Assembly: GCA_965195345.1 (NCBI GenBank)
Contig: OZ239628.1
Span: 1,641,334 to 1,705,333, forward strand
Reading direction: 5' to 3'
Source of the DNA: an uncultured Thiomicrospira sp.
GTDB lineage: Bacteria > Pseudomonadota > Gammaproteobacteria > CAKMZV01
Length of the DNA stretch: 64,000 nucleotides
Shown: positions 30,266 through 39,553 of the stretch, one piece after another
Numbering within the stretch: the first letter of the stretch is position 1
How the letters are laid out: each line of letters begins with the position of its first letter
Position numbers and translations under genes: made by a program
Notes under the pieces: model-generated
Database searches by the model: none
Seen by the model: only the letters and a program-made list of their open reading frames with translations
What the model was told of the DNA's origin: nothing

Positions 30266-30326
30266 AAAATTCATCATCCGAAAATAAAATAACGCGGCTC
30301 TGTGTGCGTAATCTGTTGTTGCAGCT

Positions 30327-30662
30327 CTAGGCGTTTCGCAAACTAAAACTTTCTCCACAGCCACAACTGTCTATGACATTCGGATTTTGAAAATCAAACC
30401 CTTGATTTAATAAATTGTCTTTTGTAAATCCTATTTCCATTCCATCTAAATGAGGTAGGCTTTTTTGATTAACAACAACCGATGCTCCATGACTAACGAA
30501 CACTTGGTCATTTTCATCGATTTGATCAGCATAATCAACAACGTACGCAAACCCTGTGCATCCACTAACTCTTATGCCCAAACGTAAACCTACACCATAC
30601 CCTCTTTGCTCTAATTTTTTCAGAACATGTTCAGCAGCATCTATTGATAAAGTTACAGACAT
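30327..30662 (-). CDS. erpA: Iron-sulfur cluster insertion / A-type carrier protein (ErpA/IscA family)
   Basis: 111 aa HesB/IscA fold with the C-terminal CGCGESF motif. Confidence 0.8.
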   Translation of the reverse strand: MSVTLSIDAAEHVLKKLEQRGYGVGLRLGIRVSGCTGFAYVVDYADQIDENDQVFVSHGASVVVNQKSLPHLDGMEIGFTKDNLLNQGFDFQNPNVIDSCGCGESFSLRNA

Positions 30663-31002
30663 TTGAATTATTTCCTAATTGCGTTATTAATACTATAAAA
30701 TCAATTTATTTTACGTGTTGTAAATTATACGTTACACTTTGTGAAAACAGACAATTTTTGTGATTTTTTGTAAAAAAACCATGCAACAAAACTCCGTCAT
30801 TGACCAATTTTTACACCACTTCTCCTCTTTGATTAATATAGATGCAACCTTACTCAATGCATCCTTGTGCATATAATTTCACACACTACTTTAGCCGTTT
30901 TTTCTAGAATGGGAGGGTACACAGAGATTGTATGAAATGCTAAAAATCCAACAACATAACCATCAATTATCAGCAAATTGAAGCTATATGGAACAAGTTT
31001 AG

Positions 31003-31078
31003 TGGTGCCCAGGGGCGGAATCGAACCACCGACACGAGGATTTTCAGTCCACTGCTCTACCGACTGAGCTACCTGGGC
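31003..31078 (-). tRNA. tRNA-Phe (anticodon GAA), 76 nt including CCA
   Basis: The reverse complement reads GCCCAGGTAGCTCAGTCGGTAGAGCAGTGGACTGAAAATCC…GGTTCGATTCCGCCCCTGGGCACCA, very close to E. coli tRNA-Phe. Confidence 0.9.
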
Positions 31079-31222
31079 GAAAGCGCGAGCGTATTGTACC
31101 TTTTTATTAAACATGCTGTTGCATAAACAACCGACTAATCAACTGACTTAAAAAAATATCTATACTATTGACATTGTGCAACTCTCATCGAACTTATTTG
31201 TCAAATTTCTTTATCGAACTAT

Positions 31223-32314
31223 TTACCGAATCTTCAAACTTGCCAATCCAACAAGAACAAGTAACAAGGTAATAATCCAAAATCGAACGATTATTTTTGG
31301 TTCTGCCCACCCAAGCAATTCAAAATGATGGTGCAATGGTGCCATACGGAATATGCGCTTTCCACGTAATTTATACGACCCAACTTGGAGTATAACAGAG
31401 AGCGTTTCAGCAACAAAAATACCACTCATAACCAAGAACACCAATTCCTGACGAACAAGGATGGCTATTATTCCTAGCGCACCACCTAAGGAAAGAGAAC
31501 CGACATCACCCATAAACACTTGTGCAGGATAGGAGTTAAACCAAAGAAACCCTAGTCCTGCTCCAATAATAGAGCAACATAAAATAGCTATTTCAGAATT
31601 TCCTTCTATGTAGGGAATAGAGAGATATTCTGAAAAATAAAAATGCCCGCTTACATAGGCAAACACACACAATGCACCGGTGATAAGCACCGTTGGCAAT
31701 ATCGCCAACCCATCCAAACCATCAGTCAAATTAACTGCATTGGCAGATCCAACCAACACAAAATAAGACAAAATAACGAATCCAAATCCAATAGGAAGTA
31801 CGGTATCTTTGGTGTAAGGAATGAGTAGTTCCCACGAGGAATCGCTGCTCATGAAAAGATACATTGCTGTCATGAGTGCCAATACTGACAACATCAAATA
31901 CTTTGCGCGAGCGCTTAGTCCTTTGCTTGAGTTTGAGATGGTTTTTTTCCAATCATCAACAAAACCAACCGTCGCAAACCCACAAATTACGAATAAACAT
32001 ACCCATACATTTTCGTTGCTCAAGTCACACCAAAGCAGTACTGATATAACAATGGAAATTATTATAAGAAGCCCACCCATCGTAGGCGTTCCACTTTTTA
32101 TTTGATGCGAACTTGGTCCATCTTCGCGAATATGCTGTCTAAAGTTTAATCCTTGTAAAAACACTATCATTTTCGCGCCAAAAATCCACGAAACACTCAA
32201 GGCGGTTAATGCGGCAAGAATGGCTCGAAGCGTAACATAGCGAAATACTAATAAATCACTCTCGTATTGGCTAAAAGCTTCGATTAGATAATAGATCATA
32301 CTATTTTTTCTCAA
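31223..32314 (-). CDS. mraY: Phospho-N-acetylmuramoyl-pentapeptide transferase MraY
   Basis: Near-collinear with E. coli MraY along its whole length (GTPTMGG, NAVNLTDGLDGLA, FMGDVGSLSLGGALG, RMAPLHHHFEL). The start may be the second Met (MIYYLIEAF) at 32299. Confidence 0.9.
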   Translation of the reverse strand: MRKNSMIYYLIEAFSQYESDLLVFRYVTLRAILAALTALSVSWIFGAKMIVFLQGLNFRQHIREDGPSSHQIKSGTPTMGGLLIIISIVISVLLWCDLSNENVWVCLFVICGFATVGFVDDWKKTISNSSKGLSARAKYLMLSVLALMTAMYLFMSSDSSWELLIPYTKDTVLPIGFGFVILSYFVLVGSANAVNLTDGLDGLAILPTVLITGALCVFAYVSGHFYFSEYLSIPYIEGNSEIAILCCSIIGAGLGFLWFNSYPAQVFMGDVGSLSLGGALGIIAILVRQELVFLVMSGIFVAETLSVILQVGSYKLRGKRIFRMAPLHHHFELLGWAEPKIIVRFWIITLLLVLVGLASLKIR

Positions 32315-32548
32315 TTTGAGGTTTGAATCAATTTTACTTTAACTTTAATCAAAATATACTTGATATTTCTATATTATTCTTATTTATTTTTACAAAATCC
32401 ATTTAATAAATTGCATCGACACATTGCGCATCATCTTAAGTTACTAAAGTATTGATTTACATCATCGTCAGCCCTTATGCATCAAAATTTAAAAATTGTT
32501 CCATGTTACAATTCACGCCCTAAAAAATCTTTAAATTCCTCTACAAAA

Positions 32549-33613
32549 ATGAATAAATATCAAACCGATGATGTGAGAATCTCGAACCAGATAGAAGTGG
32601 TCGCTCCTAAAGAGTTGATAAACGAGTATCCGATAACAGAAGGGGCAGCAAAAACAACAGGAGAAGCGCGCGACGCTATCCGAAACATTTTATTGGGTAA
32701 TGATGATCGGCTACTAGTCGTAGTTGGACCATGCTCAGTGCACGATGTTGATGCAACGTTTGAATACGCAAAGCGTTTGAAGACTCTGCATGAGGAATTA
32801 ATTGATGATTTATTTATTGTCATGCGTATCTATTTTGAAAAACCACGCACGACTGTAGGCTGGAAAGGTTTGATTAATGACCCTGATTTAGACGAGTCAT
32901 TCAATATAAATAAAGGATTGCGCCTTGCTCGCTCATTGTTACTCAACATTGCAGAATCTGGATTGCCTACAGCTACTGAGTATCTTGATTTAATTTCTCC
33001 ACAGTATATCGCAGATTTGGTCGGTTGGGGCGCTATTGGTGCACGTACGACAGAGAGCCAAGGGCATAGAGAGCTCTCATCAGGACTATCCTGCCCTGTT
33101 GGTTTTAAAAACGGGACTTCAGGAGAATTAAAAATTGCTATTGACGCACTTGAGTCTGCTTCGAGACCGCATTGTTTCTTATCCATTTCCAAACAAGGGC
33201 ATACCGCCATATTTCAAACAAAAGGTAATAAAGATTGTCACATTATTCTTCGTGGGGGGGATGATGGACCCAACTATTCACCCGAGCACATTCACGAAAG
33301 CTGTGAAATGCTTGCAAAAAGAGGATTGTCAAAAAAACTAATGGTTGATTGTTCTCATGCGAACAGTTACAAAGATTACAATCGCCAAATAGAAGTAGCT
33401 GATAGTATTGCCCAGCAAATAGCAAACGGTGAGCACGCCATTATGGGCACAATGATTGAAAGCAATCTTGAAGAAGGTAATCAAAAAGTAATCGCAGGAA
33501 CTCCTCTGAAATATGGAGTAAGCATTACAGATTCATGCATTGATTGGGATTCGACTAGAAAAATACTAAAAGACACCCTTGCGCCCGCTGTCAGAAAACG
33601 CAGACAACTTTAA
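32549..33613 (+). CDS. 3-deoxy-7-phosphoheptulonate (DAHP) synthase, class I-alpha (AroF/G/H type)
   Basis: Aligns with E. coli AroG from MNKYQTDDVRI (E. coli MNYQNDDLRI) through GNDDRLLVVVGPCSVHD. The ORF call at 32477 is over-extended by 24 codons. Confidence 0.9.
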   Translation: MNKYQTDDVRISNQIEVVAPKELINEYPITEGAAKTTGEARDAIRNILLGNDDRLLVVVGPCSVHDVDATFEYAKRLKTLHEELIDDLFIVMRIYFEKPRTTVGWKGLINDPDLDESFNINKGLRLARSLLLNIAESGLPTATEYLDLISPQYIADLVGWGAIGARTTESQGHRELSSGLSCPVGFKNGTSGELKIAIDALESASRPHCFLSISKQGHTAIFQTKGNKDCHIILRGGDDGPNYSPEHIHESCEMLAKRGLSKKLMVDCSHANSYKDYNRQIEVADSIAQQIANGEHAIMGTMIESNLEEGNQKVIAGTPLKYGVSITDSCIDWDSTRKILKDTLAPAVRKRRQL

Positions 33614-33628
33614 TCACTACACAGCGCC

Positions 33629-35458
33629 ATGCTTAAAATAGCAGAAATAGCAGCAGAAAGGCATCCTCGCTTAGCGCGAATTCCTTTTATTGGCAAATGG
33701 CTATTCAATTTTCTTAGAAGGGTATTTCACGAAGAAACCATCAACGAATTTATTCGCATGAACCGCCAATGGCGTGGCATGGAATTTAATAATAAAGTAC
33801 TCGAACAATTTAATTATTCATATTATGTCAATAATAATGAACGTCAAAACATCCCAGAAACTGGCCGCGTTTTAATTGTTGCCAATCATCCAATAGGTAC
33901 GCTGGATGGTTTATCCTTGCTAAAATTGGTTAGCGAAGTGCGCCCTGATGTTAAAGTAGTCGTCAATCAATTTTTGTACGACTTCTTTGAACCGTTGCAC
34001 GAGTTGTTCATTCCTCTTGATAATATGAGTAGCAGTGCGAATCAACGAGCACCAATACGTACGATCATTAAAGCACTCAACAATGAGGAAGCAATTATTA
34101 TGTTTCCTGCCGGTGAAGTTTCTCGTATCAAACCTAATGGCATAAAAGACGGCATATGGAAAGCTGGATTTTGGTTTTTCATCGAAAAAACAAAGTGTCC
34201 TGTACTGCCAATACACATTGCTGGGCGTAATTCTCCCATGTTCTACTCTTTATCGAGTATTTATAAGACCCTTGGCACATATATGTTAATCAACGAAATG
34301 ATGAAGCAAGACAATAAATCATTGCGTTTTCGAATTGGTCAGATTATTCCATACAACGCTTTTCAAGAGCACACTCAACTTGATCGGGTACAACTATCGG
34401 CACGCCTACGTCGCCATCTATACTTATTACCAAAGAAAAGAGAGCATACTCGTTCACTATTTAGAACCGAAAGGACCATTTCACATTCCACGGACTTAGG
34501 TGCTATTATTTCCGAGTTACGCAGCCATCAATTACTAAGTAAAACAAAAGAAGGCAGTGAAATTTATCTCATTGACTATTCCAGCAACTCATCCATAATT
34601 CATGAAATTGGCAGATTGCGCGAGTTGGCTTTTCGCCAAGTTGGAGAAGGGTCTGGTAAAGATTTAGACCTTGATGAATACGACCACTATTACAAACACT
34701 TAATATTGTGGAATCCTCAAGACCTAGTAATTGCTGGTGCATATCGAATTGGTGATGGAGCAAGCATCGTTAAAAAGTATGGCATGAAAGGGCTCTATTC
34801 CGCCTCTTTGCTTGATTATTCGGACGAGGCGATGGAAATGATCATGAACGGTGCGGAGTTGGGCCGTAGTTTTGTTCATCCACGCTACTGGCATAGCCGT
34901 AGCTTTGGTATGCTTTGGCAAGGGTTGGGGGCATATTTATATCATCATCAAAATATTCGTTATTACTTTGGTCCCGTTAGCATCTCAAATTCATATCCAG
35001 AAAAAGCACGAAGCCTAATCGTCGCCTATTACCAAAGGTACTACTCTTCTGAAAAGAATCTAGCCGTTTCAAAAAACCCTTATGTACTCATCCCTGAAGC
35101 ACAAGAAATAATTAATGAATTTGATCCAGATCCACTAATCGCTTTTCGTATGCTTAAGTCTTATCTAAGAGATAAATTGAAAGTGAACATCCCAACCTTG
35201 TATAAGCAATATACCGATTTCACTGAAGGTGGGTCCAAGTTTTTTTCATTTGGCATCGACCAAAAATTTGGTGATTGTATGGATGGTAATATTGTGGTTG
35301 ATTTAGATAAAACCGGTGACCGCAACGTACAACGTATTATTACGTCTCATGGTGTCCCTGATAAGGATGGTGCTATTCACTGGCGTGGTCGCACGTACTA
35401 TGCCAATGACGAAGATTACAATGACTTGAGTAATGATGTAGAGAAAGACGATGACTGA
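33629..35458 (+). CDS. Bifunctional acyltransferase, OlsF-like: N-terminal PlsC-type O-acyltransferase fused to a C-terminal OlsB/hemolysin-like GNAT N-acyltransferase (putative ornithine/aminolipid synthase)
   Basis: The N-domain has an HX4-5D motif (ANHPIGTLDG) and the FPAGEVSR block. The C-domain has an OlsB-like DEYDHYYKHLILWN motif. The length of 609 aa fits the fused OlsF architecture. Confidence 0.6.
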   Translation: MLKIAEIAAERHPRLARIPFIGKWLFNFLRRVFHEETINEFIRMNRQWRGMEFNNKVLEQFNYSYYVNNNERQNIPETGRVLIVANHPIGTLDGLSLLKLVSEVRPDVKVVVNQFLYDFFEPLHELFIPLDNMSSSANQRAPIRTIIKALNNEEAIIMFPAGEVSRIKPNGIKDGIWKAGFWFFIEKTKCPVLPIHIAGRNSPMFYSLSSIYKTLGTYMLINEMMKQDNKSLRFRIGQIIPYNAFQEHTQLDRVQLSARLRRHLYLLPKKREHTRSLFRTERTISHSTDLGAIISELRSHQLLSKTKEGSEIYLIDYSSNSSIIHEIGRLRELAFRQVGEGSGKDLDLDEYDHYYKHLILWNPQDLVIAGAYRIGDGASIVKKYGMKGLYSASLLDYSDEAMEMIMNGAELGRSFVHPRYWHSRSFGMLWQGLGAYLYHHQNIRYYFGPVSISNSYPEKARSLIVAYYQRYYSSEKNLAVSKNPYVLIPEAQEIINEFDPDPLIAFRMLKSYLRDKLKVNIPTLYKQYTDFTEGGSKFFSFGIDQKFGDCMDGNIVVDLDKTGDRNVQRIITSHGVPDKDGAIHWRGRTYYANDEDYNDLSNDVEKDDD

Positions 35459-36086
35459 AAATAGTTCATCTTTGATAAATGACGCGCAAGTTTTAGAATA
35501 TTTGAGTAGTCATTCAACATTCTTTATTGATCACGAGGAATTGCTCGATACACTCCATTTGCCACACCTTCGCAATGCTGGACCAGCATCATTCATTCAG
35601 CATCAATTACAACGTGCTCGCAAAAAAAATAACACGTTATCTAAGCAGTTGCACAATTTCGATGAATTGATAACAGCTAACGCACATCTACTGAATCAAC
35701 TGCATCTTTTAACACTGAAACTATTACGTACGAGCAAAAGCGATATTGAAAGTTCGTTGCCACGTTTATCGTGTGAATGTTTTTCCGTTGAAACCGCATT
35801 ATTGTGGAAAAGAGGATCAAATTCATTGGATTGGCAGCAAGAACCGTTGAGTTTGTTTGACAAATCATCACCAAGCGCTAATGAAATAGATGCTGAACAA
35901 AGTAAATTATTGCTTGGGGAAAGCTCGTATCTTTCTATATGTATCGTACCACTTGGCGAAGAAGGAAATTGGGGAGGAATGTTTTTTGCCAGTTCTGAAA
36001 GCACTCGTTTTCCTGGTGATAAAGATACGATGTTATTGAAGCAATACGGTCAAATAGTTGAAGCCGCTTTAAAAATAGAAAACTAG
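35451..36086 (+). CDS. DUF484 (YigA-like) domain protein
   Basis: N-terminus QVLEYLSSHSTFFIDHEELLDTLHLPH is typical of the DUF484/GAF-like YigA family. It overlaps the previous gene by 8 nt. Confidence 0.6.
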   Translation: MTENSSSLINDAQVLEYLSSHSTFFIDHEELLDTLHLPHLRNAGPASFIQHQLQRARKKNNTLSKQLHNFDELITANAHLLNQLHLLTLKLLRTSKSDIESSLPRLSCECFSVETALLWKRGSNSLDWQQEPLSLFDKSSPSANEIDAEQSKLLLGESSYLSICIVPLGEEGNWGGMFFASSESTRFPGDKDTMLLKQYGQIVEAALKIEN

Positions 36087-36098
36087 AGGAATTCATCA

Positions 36099-36641
36099 AT
36101 GTCAATACAAATGCATGCAACAACTATTCTTGCGGTAAAAAAAGACAATCAAGTTGCTATTGGCGGTGATGGTCAAGTTACCCTAGGCAATATGGTTATC
36201 AAAGGCAGTGCCAATAAAATCCGTCGCCTCTATAAGGATAAAATCATTGCAGGGTTCGCAGGATCAACAGCGGATGCCTTTACATTGGTGGAGAAATTTG
36301 AGTCAAAATTACAAGAGCACCACGGCAACTTAAAATTAGCTTCTGTCCGCCTTGCTACTGATTGGCGTAACGACAAAATTCTGCGCAAACTCGAGGCCAT
36401 GCTTCTGGTCGCTGACAATACCCAAATATTCACTATTACTGGCAATGGCGACGTGCTAGAACCTGAACATGATGTCATGGCGATTGGATCGGGTGGAGGA
36501 TTCGCGACAGCATCAGCACGCGCGCTTATGGAAAATTCCAGTTTAACTGCTGAAGAAATAGTGCATAAATCACTCACAATAGCTGGTGATATCTGCATTT
36601 ACACCAACGCTAATATAAATATTGAGACGCTCACAAGCTAA
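36099..36641 (+). CDS. hslV: ATP-dependent protease subunit HslV (CodW-like N-terminus)
   Basis: TTILAV…GGDGQVT…[11 protein letters not shown]…GSGG matches HslV throughout. The N-terminus is [11 protein letters not shown] rather than MTTI…. Confidence 0.85.
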   Translation: MSIQMHATTILAVKKDNQVAIGGDGQVTLGNMVIKGSANKIRRLYKDKIIAGFAGSTADAFTLVEKFESKLQEHHGNLKLASVRLATDWRNDKILRKLEAMLLVADNTQIFTITGNGDVLEPEHDVMAIGSGGGFATASARALMENSSLTAEEIVHKSLTIAGDICIYTNANINIETLTS

Positions 36642-37271
36642 ATGGACAGTCTACAAAAGAAATTTATTGAGCTTTCTATTAAAAAAAATGCATTGAAATT
36701 CGGCGAATTCCAATTGAAATCTGGACGCATTAGCCCTTATTTTTTTAATGCAGGGGTTTTCGATGATGGCGAATGCATGGATATAATCGGATCATGTTAT
36801 ATTCAGGCGATTGAAACCATCCATCAACCGATTGATTGCATTTTTGGACCTGCTTATAAAGGCATTCCTTTGGCAGCTGTTTGTGCAAGAGCTATGTACG
36901 CCCGCAAAAAAAACGTCACTTTTGCATACAACCGTAAAGAAGTTAAAGATCACGGCGAAGGCGGTAATATCGTTGGTAATTTACACGGAAATGTCATCAT
37001 TATCGACGATGTGATTACTGCAGGAACTGCTATTAAGGAAGCATTACAAATCATCGAAAAATTTAGGGCAAATACTGTCGGCATTATTACCGCTCTTGAC
37101 CGAATGGAAAAGGGACAAGGTACGCTTTCTGCAGTTGAAGAATTAGAGCAGTCATGTGGTGTTAAGGTGAATAGCATTATTAACATGCAACACATCATAA
37201 AATATTTAGAAAGCGAAAATCACCCTTCTCTTCCCTCCATGCTTATGTACCGTGACCAATACGGTATTTAA
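36642..37271 (+). CDS. pyrE: Orotate phosphoribosyltransferase
   Basis: FIELSIKKNALKFGEFQLKSGRISPYFFNAG closely matches E. coli PyrE, plus a PRPP-binding motif (VIIIDDVITAGTA). Confidence 0.9.
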   Translation: MDSLQKKFIELSIKKNALKFGEFQLKSGRISPYFFNAGVFDDGECMDIIGSCYIQAIETIHQPIDCIFGPAYKGIPLAAVCARAMYARKKNVTFAYNRKEVKDHGEGGNIVGNLHGNVIIIDDVITAGTAIKEALQIIEKFRANTVGIITALDRMEKGQGTLSAVEELEQSCGVKVNSIINMQHIIKYLESENHPSLPSMLMYRDQYGI

Positions 37272-37301
37272 TATCAGAGATAAAAACCACACAAACATTC
37301 A

Positions 37302-38303
37302 ATGGATTCGCTAACTCAACTTGCTCTCGGATCAGTAACGGCTCATGCTGTTGCTGGCAAAAGTGCTGGACGCAAAGCGCTATTATGGGGAGCAGTAATA
37401 GGCACTCTTCCTGATCTGGATGTATTGATGCGTTACTTTTATAATGATATAGATATGCTGATGATACATCGTGGTTATAGCCATGCTTGGTTTGTTCATT
37501 TATGTATTGCGCCTTTGATTGCTTTGTTGCCATGGAGTATTCATCGTTCAAAGGGAAAAAATAAGGATTCCACCCCTTATTGGCGTTGGTTGCTATTGGC
37601 TTTAGTCGCACTAACCACCCATTCTTTGATTGATCTATTTACTGTTTATGGTACACAAGTCTTTTTGCCATTTAGCGACACGCCCTACTCTATGGACATT
37701 ATGTTCATTGTTGACCCGCTGTTCACTCTCCCACTATTGATTGCATTAGTGCTAACATTGATTAAACCAAAATGGGTTCATCTTTCACACAGCATGTTAG
37801 CGGTATGTGCCATTTATTCCATGTCGTCTTTCGTTGCTCATCAAACCATTCAAAAAATAACGTTAGAATCATTAAATAATCAAAACTTACCTACTAAAAA
37901 ACTATTGATTTCGCCTGCTCCTTTTACTACTTTTTTATGGCGTATCATTGTGCTTGATGGACCGTACTGGTATGAAGGCGAATACTCTATTTTCAAAAAT
38001 CCCAACCATATTCAATTTAAAAGGCATAATAGAAATCTCTTTTTAGTCAATCATTTGAAGGATAGAAATACTATCTCTCGTCTAAGGTGGTTTAATCGAG
38101 GTTTTTTTGAGTTCTCAGAAAAAATGGATCAAATACTTCTTTCAGATCTTCGTTTTGGAGAAAGTAATAATTTAGTCTTCAATTGGGCGCTGGCTGAACA
38201 AAATAATCAAGGCGTGTGGCAAGAACCTCAACCGATTAAACGCCAAAGAGAAGACGTCGATATGAGTGGCTACTTTAACACTTTAATGGAGCGTATATTT
38301 TAA
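37302..38303 (+). CDS. Membrane-bound metal-dependent hydrolase (DUF457 / YdjM-YbcI family) with about 140 aa C-terminal extension
   Basis: N-terminus MDSLTQLALGS…LPDLDVL…HRGYSHA is typical of the LexA-regulon YdjM-like family. The C-terminal soluble extension is unassigned. Confidence 0.55.
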   Translation: MDSLTQLALGSVTAHAVAGKSAGRKALLWGAVIGTLPDLDVLMRYFYNDIDMLMIHRGYSHAWFVHLCIAPLIALLPWSIHRSKGKNKDSTPYWRWLLLALVALTTHSLIDLFTVYGTQVFLPFSDTPYSMDIMFIVDPLFTLPLLIALVLTLIKPKWVHLSHSMLAVCAIYSMSSFVAHQTIQKITLESLNNQNLPTKKLLISPAPFTTFLWRIIVLDGPYWYEGEYSIFKNPNHIQFKRHNRNLFLVNHLKDRNTISRLRWFNRGFFEFSEKMDQILLSDLRFGESNNLVFNWALAEQNNQGVWQEPQPIKRQREDVDMSGYFNTLMERIF

Positions 38304-39553
38304 TGCCTAAAGCATATATATTTCGTTTGGCTATGCGCTATTTAAGTGCCAAGCAAGATAATCGATTTATCAATTTCATCTCATTGACTTCGGTCATCGG
38401 GATATTCCTTGGCGCTACAGTGCTGATTACTGTGCTGTCAATCATGAACGGTTTTCAGACCGAACTGCGAACACGTATTCTCAATATGACCGCTCATATG
38501 GTAATCTTTCAGCAAGGACGCCAACTAAGTGACTGGGAAGAAGTTCGTCACGATCTATTAGAGCATCCTCAAGTTGTTGATGCCGCGCCCATCATTGAAA
38601 AACAAGCACTGCTTAGTGTCGGAAAAAACGTTAAAGGCGCTTTAATTAAGGGAGTATCCCCGGATCTTGAAAACAAAGTTTCTAATATAGAAGAACATTT
38701 ATCGAAAGGGCAGTTGGAAAGCTTAGTTGCCAATCAGTTTAACATTATCTTAGGGCATGTATTAGCTTCAGAATTAGGGGTTGACATAGGCGATAAAATC
38801 ACCGTTATTATTCCTCAACCAAGCTCAGGGTTTATAGGATCAATACCTCGCCTGAAACGATTTAGCGTTGTCGGCATTGTTAATGCAGGCATGTATGAGT
38901 ATGATAGTGGTTACGCTTTTGTGCATCTTGAGGATGCTGCTACTTTGTACTCTTTAAGAGATCAAGTCACTGGCCTTCAAGTAAAAACTACGGACTTATT
39001 TGCAGTAAACGAAATCATATCTGGCTTGAGTGATTTTCTACCAGTACGCGGCTACTATGCACTTTCATGGACACAAAAACATGCTAATTTCTTTCAAGCA
39101 ATCCAATTAGAAAAACGCATGATGTTCATTGTTGTCGCATTGATTATTGCAGTAGCTGCTTTCAATATTGTTTCAACTATGGTCATGATGATTAATGAAA
39201 AAAAACGAGCTATTGCTATACTTCGAACCCAAGGCGCTCGAATAAAAGATATCTCTGCATTGTTTATCATTCAAGGAACAACTCTCGGCTTGATTGGCAC
39301 TATACTCGGTTGTTTAGGAGGGATACTTTTATCAAGCAACATTGATGTTATTGTCCCTTTTATTGAAAACTTATTTAATCTGCGTTTCTTCCCTCCCGAT
39401 GTATACTACATATCCGAAGTACCATCTGAAATTCAGCTTTCAGATTTATTAGAAGTCGGTTTCTTTTCATTCATCATGACGGTATTAGCCACAATTTACC
39501 CTGCCTTACGTGCTTCTAAAATCAAACCCGCACAGGTGTTACGCCATGAATGA
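38303..39553 (+). CDS. lolC: Lipoprotein-releasing system transmembrane permease (LolC/LolE; probably single LolF-type)
   Basis: 416 aa with 4 TM helices, a large periplasmic loop and an FtsX-like C-terminal domain. Only one permease gene precedes lolD. Confidence 0.75.
   Translation: MPKAYIFRLAMRYLSAKQDNRFINFISLTSVIGIFLGATVLITVLSIMNGFQTELRTRILNMTAHMVIFQQGRQLSDWEEVRHDLLEHPQVVDAAPIIEKQALLSVGKNVKGALIKGVSPDLENKVSNIEEHLSKGQLESLVANQFNIILGHVLASELGVDIGDKITVIIPQPSSGFIGSIPRLKRFSVVGIVNAGMYEYDSGYAFVHLEDAATLYSLRDQVTGLQVKTTDLFAVNEIISGLSDFLPVRGYYALSWTQKHANFFQAIQLEKRMMFIVVALIIAVAAFNIVSTMVMMINEKKRAIAILRTQGARIKDISALFIIQGTTLGLIGTILGCLGGILLSSNIDVIVPFIENLFNLRFFPPDVYYISEVPSEIQLSDLLEVGFFSFIMTVLATIYPALRASKIKPAQVLRHE

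Noticed and set aside
30854-31114. 86-aa ORF on the minus strand
   Set aside because: It is entirely explained by the tRNA-Phe gene (31003..31078), which it overlaps in-frame; translation of tRNA sequence.
31003-31222. Possible genomic-island integration at tRNA-Phe
   Set aside because: No integrase, no direct repeat of the tRNA 3' end and no compositional shift seen. The neighbouring genes are core (mraY, erpA).
36099-36641. Possibility that the 36099 ORF is a 20S proteasome beta subunit rather than HslV
   Set aside because: Its length (180 aa), GGDGQVT and [11 protein letters not shown] blocks, and overall collinearity with E. coli HslV fit HslV much better.
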